From: an uncultured Gammaproteobacteria bacterium
GTDB lineage: Bacteria; Cyanobacteriota; Vampirovibrionia; LMEP-6097
NCBI GenBank assembly: GCA_964512985.1
Contig: CAZELI010000004.1
Coordinates: 17,782 to 81,781, forward strand
Direction of reading: 5' to 3'
DNA: 64,000 bases
The notes under the pieces were generated by a model. It had not been told where the DNA came from, searched no databases, and was given only the letters and a program-made list of their open reading frames with translations. Shown piece after piece: positions 60,461-64,000 of the stretch (its first letter is position 1; each line of letters starts with the position of its first letter). The position numbers were made by a program, and so were the translations under genes.

Positions 60461-61909
60461 CTAAGCTGCGTGTGCGTGCATTGATGCTGCATGTGGATCT
60501 TTAGACTCTTTCTGAGCTTCCACTTTATGTCCTTCTGATGAAATTAGAGGGTTAGGAAATTTTGCCAACATGTCTTCTCGACTCATGACCATTTTATGTG
60601 AACCTAGGTTTTTTAAATTAGGCATAGGTTTTTTTATTTCTGCTTGATAGGCTGCTTCAATATCAGCAGCTTTAGTTGGACCAACTAATTTTTGGGTTAA
60701 GAAGTGACCTTGTTCATATATAGTTTTATGCTGATCCCTGACTTCAATCGTAACTCGGCCACCATATGTTTTATCTCTTAAAGCAATTTCTGCTGGTATT
60801 TGGAATAATGCTCGTTCTAAATCTTTAAACTCTTTATTCCTGACTTGATGCATTTCTATAAAGATTTTAGATGTTGGTTTTCCTCCCCAACCAAGTATGC
60901 TATTTCCATATCGTGAAAGAGAAGATGCATTATCATATGTATTCTGATCCTGAACTTCTCCTTTCTCATTAAGTTTCATATAATTTACCTGAACTGTGCC
61001 TAGTACTTCCTCTCCATTCTTAATTTCAAAAACATCCATCTTCGTTGCTTCATCATGAATTTTAGTGACTTTGGCTTCTATGGAAGTTCCATCTGATTTG
61101 GTTAGTTTAACTTTGCCTTCCGTGAAGTCTTTCTGTGCATCTTTATTTTGCTTGGCATCAAAAATAGGAGCTTTATTGATTTCCGCTTTCCATTGCTTAC
61201 GAGCACTTCTTGGTAAGTACATCATTATACAATCACTAATTTCTTGAGTTTCTTTATTTGCTATAGCTGCATCACACTTCTTGGGTGATCTATCTATACG
61301 GCGAGATTCATCTTTAAATTCAAAACCTTGTTCACGATGTCGCTTAGCGGTACCCAAGCTACTATTTAACTCTGCTCCGCCTTCAAATTTAATGTTTTTG
61401 GCAGCTTCGAGTTCTCTCATTCGCTGTGCCACAATTCCATTAAACGCTTTAAGCACTCCACCAAAACGATTAGGATCTTTTACAGCAACGAATTCTAAGG
61501 AAATTTTAGAACTATCTTTTTTATTCTTGGCATCAGCTATATGAATTTTAATTTCACGAAATGCAATTACTTTTCCATCTGCAACTAATTTATAAGTTTC
61601 CTGACCATCGTCTTGTTTAGAGCTAACTACATCTACTTTAACGTTCTTGCCAGCCTTTTTATCACGTAGAGAAACTTGTCCTATATTCTCACCTTCAGCT
61701 GAATCAAATTGTTTTAAGTGTCCTAAGTTAATTACTGGTTTTAAATTTGAAGTTTGTGTAGTTTTAGCTTCATGTATAGCAGCTATCTCCTTATCACCTA
61801 CTTTGGAGATAATATCAGGTTGATTTGTACTATGAGCTTTTTCTGGCCCTGAATTATGCTTGGGAGCTTCGGGTTTTTCTGTTGGTTTATGGCTAACTGC
61901 TAATGACAT
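60461..61909 (-). CDS. Orphan protein with a tandem duplicated domain
   Basis: Two similar halves; disordered N-terminus. Confidence 0.7.
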   Translation of the reverse strand: MSLAVSHKPTEKPEAPKHNSGPEKAHSTNQPDIISKVGDKEIAAIHEAKTTQTSNLKPVINLGHLKQFDSAEGENIGQVSLRDKKAGKNVKVDVVSSKQDDGQETYKLVADGKVIAFREIKIHIADAKNKKDSSKISLEFVAVKDPNRFGGVLKAFNGIVAQRMRELEAAKNIKFEGGAELNSSLGTAKRHREQGFEFKDESRRIDRSPKKCDAAIANKETQEISDCIMMYLPRSARKQWKAEINKAPIFDAKQNKDAQKDFTEGKVKLTKSDGTSIEAKVTKIHDEATKMDVFEIKNGEEVLGTVQVNYMKLNEKGEVQDQNTYDNASSLSRYGNSILGWGGKPTSKIFIEMHQVRNKEFKDLERALFQIPAEIALRDKTYGGRVTIEVRDQHKTIYEQGHFLTQKLVGPTKAADIEAAYQAEIKKPMPNLKNLGSHKMVMSREDMLAKFPNPLISSEGHKVEAQKESKDPHAASMHAHAA

Positions 61910-61960
61910 ATTAATATATTGTTAATGATATCAGTAGTTAGTCGTAAATACAAGATGTTT

Positions 61961-62938
61961 CTAAAAATTAACTATTTGCTTACTCGGCTCATACCCAAGC
62001 TTCTCTTGCATAGCCTGAATCATAGGTTCTATTCTTGCAAGTAATTCAGCGTTTTTCTTCCATTTATCAGGATTAGGTTTGGTGTTAGTAGAAACTACAG
62101 GAAGGTCTTCGGCTTGTTTCTGAATCTCTCCAGCATAAGGTATATCTATAAACATACAAAGTTCACGAATATGTTTCTCAGGATTAGCTATGAGATCTTC
62201 ATATCTAACTTGCATTACTCTCTTAGGATCGAGCTTGGAGAAAGACTCCTGAGCATACTTGTGTGCTGATAACCACTGAAACGCACAAACTTCTTCTAGG
62301 CTCTTACCTGTTAGATAGTCTTCCCAACCTGGAGGGTTCGTGAACTTCCAAACCTTACCGTTATAACCTTTAATATTAAGGCGTTTATTATAATCCCAGA
62401 ACTTACGGAAGCTGAAATTGAAACGTTTCTCAGAGCGCCATCCCTCAATCAGAGAGCTGATATTAGTCTTACCTTCTCTTACTATATAGATGAACTTCGC
62501 ATCGGGATAGGCTTTGGCAAGATACGAAACTCGATAAGTATTAGGTGGAGTCTTGTCTAGTATTCTATATTGATTCACCCAAAGCGATTTAATAGGCTTA
62601 ACAATGATCTCAGAGAACGCTTCATGTAAGGGTTTGAGCTGAGCTTTTAAGCTGTTGTTTAAAAATACATAGCGAATAAGATCCGCGCAGAATTTATTAT
62701 TAAAGGTGAATTTATGATATTGATTATCGAGGTATTTTTTATCTTCTTCCTTATAATCAGCTTCACCCATATACATGGAGAATATCCAATCACGCGGATC
62801 TGGTAGGAATTTTTCCCAGAGGTAATGGGACTCTCTGTATGATGCCCAGAGTTCAGGACTACTGCCCAATATGGTAGAGAGCAGTGTAGTACCAGACCGC
62901 GGGCAACCAATGATAAAAATAGGATCTTTAATTTGCAT
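61961..62938 (-). CDS. Sulfotransferase
   Basis: PIFIIGCPRSGTT, DKTP, VRYEDL. Confidence 0.92.
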   Translation of the reverse strand: MQIKDPIFIIGCPRSGTTLLSTILGSSPELWASYRESHYLWEKFLPDPRDWIFSMYMGEADYKEEDKKYLDNQYHKFTFNNKFCADLIRYVFLNNSLKAQLKPLHEAFSEIIVKPIKSLWVNQYRILDKTPPNTYRVSYLAKAYPDAKFIYIVREGKTNISSLIEGWRSEKRFNFSFRKFWDYNKRLNIKGYNGKVWKFTNPPGWEDYLTGKSLEEVCAFQWLSAHKYAQESFSKLDPKRVMQVRYEDLIANPEKHIRELCMFIDIPYAGEIQKQAEDLPVVSTNTKPNPDKWKKNAELLARIEPMIQAMQEKLGYEPSKQIVNF

Positions 62939-62943
62939 ATATT

Positions 62944-63948
62944 TTAATTTATCACATGAAAAACTACTCTCACGAATTTACGCCAGCTTATGAGTAAGTA
63001 TTCGCCAGCGATTTTTAGTTTTTGAGGAGGGGTTAGTTTAGTCTCTGGTACTGAATAAGCGAGTTCTAGGAGGGGTCTTCTGAGAACATAATTAAGGATA
63101 GCTTGATCATCTTTACTAAGTTCTTTAGACCAAGCACCAATTCTGCTAGAGTCTAGATCTTGTCTGGATTTGTGTTTCCATGAGCTTTCCCATGGTGAGA
63201 ATATTTCTACATCAGATTGAGATTCTTGGAGAATTTTAGGTTCAAACTTCTCGCCAATAAACTCGCAAATTTGTTTTAGACTAAGAGTTGGTTCATTGAG
63301 TAATTCTTCGTACTTGATGGTTAGTAAATTATCAGGAAGATCACCAGCTTGTTTTCTTAGATCCTGACCGAGTTTGATGTATTGAATCCAGAATCTTGCA
63401 TTGTTAACTAAACCATCTGGTCTCCAAGGCATTTTCAGGAGAGAGTTAACAGTATCTCTACCATCTCTGATTAAATGAATAAACTTAGCTTGAGGATAGA
63501 GTTTTAAAATTTCTTGAACGTTATAAAGATGCTGAGGAGTTTTTTCACAGAAACGAGTTTTGTGTCTTTTCTCTAGCAGGCTGTTCATGAGAAGATCAAA
63601 AACCTGCTTTTTATAAAAGTCATCTGGATCTAAATTAGATTGTGTTTTATCAGTAGTATTTTCTATGAATTTTTGTATTAGAGTTTCTTCTTCAGCTTTA
63701 ATTAGGCTAGTGAAGTCATTGATTCTTGATTCTTCTAGTAAGCGTTTAAAAGTATTAAGATCAAAATGCTTCCAGTCGTAATTGTTCTTAGAGACAAAAT
63801 TAAAGAAATGAGTTTCAGTAGCTGAAGCAATCTTCGAGTGACGATTAAGAATTGACGCAAGGACAGTGGTGCCAGAACGCGGGCAACCAACGATAAATAT
63901 AGGGTTTTCACATTTAATTTGAGTCTTAACCATATCCCTATTAGTCAT
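62944..63948 (-). CDS. Sulfotransferase
   Basis: PIFIVGCPRSGTT, EKTP, RDGRD, IKYEEL. Confidence 0.93.
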   Translation of the reverse strand: MTNRDMVKTQIKCENPIFIVGCPRSGTTVLASILNRHSKIASATETHFFNFVSKNNYDWKHFDLNTFKRLLEESRINDFTSLIKAEEETLIQKFIENTTDKTQSNLDPDDFYKKQVFDLLMNSLLEKRHKTRFCEKTPQHLYNVQEILKLYPQAKFIHLIRDGRDTVNSLLKMPWRPDGLVNNARFWIQYIKLGQDLRKQAGDLPDNLLTIKYEELLNEPTLSLKQICEFIGEKFEPKILQESQSDVEIFSPWESSWKHKSRQDLDSSRIGAWSKELSKDDQAILNYVLRRPLLELAYSVPETKLTPPQKLKIAGEYLLISWRKFVRVVFHVIN

Positions 63949-64000
63949 TATACATTATTATATAATTGGGGCTCAAAATCCTCATTATTACGTGGAAGAC

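Noticed and set aside
1191-62910. Many 60-116 aa ORFs antisense to or nested in long genes
   Set aside because: Shadow ORFs of well-supported genes with no motifs of their own

Overview
AT-rich bacterial chromosome segment. The mix of cyanobacterial-type genes (ldpA, ycf45-like AAA, DUF3326, gshB) with a flagellar switch gene, futalosine-pathway mqnA and system II cytochrome c biogenesis genes suggests a non-photosynthetic Cyanobacteriota relative (Vampirovibrionia/Melainabacteria); this is inference. Positions 1-10783 are the end of an island integrated at tRNA-Lys. It carries a tyrosine integrase, a His-Xaa-Ser (hxsADBC) radical-SAM peptide system, nuclease-like orphans and a structured, promoter-driven ncRNA candidate. 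The rest is mostly housekeeping (clpPX, miaA, gshB, glyS, yidD/yidC, nagZ, mutL, uvrB, secD, rlpA, ccs, fliN, sulfotransferases) plus a hipA module. Highlights: (1) a MutL whose canonical C-terminal endonuclease motif is missing and which ends in an HNH nuclease domain; (2) a ~128-nt structured palindromic element with compensatory base changes, inserted in frame in two unrelated membrane proteins and also present upstream of a third gene; (3) two further dispersed palindromic repeat families with shuffled GNA-triloop modules; (4) an orphan four-gene operon resembling secreted translocon proteins; (5) signs of widespread leaderless transcription. All calls were made by eye; no database searches were run.
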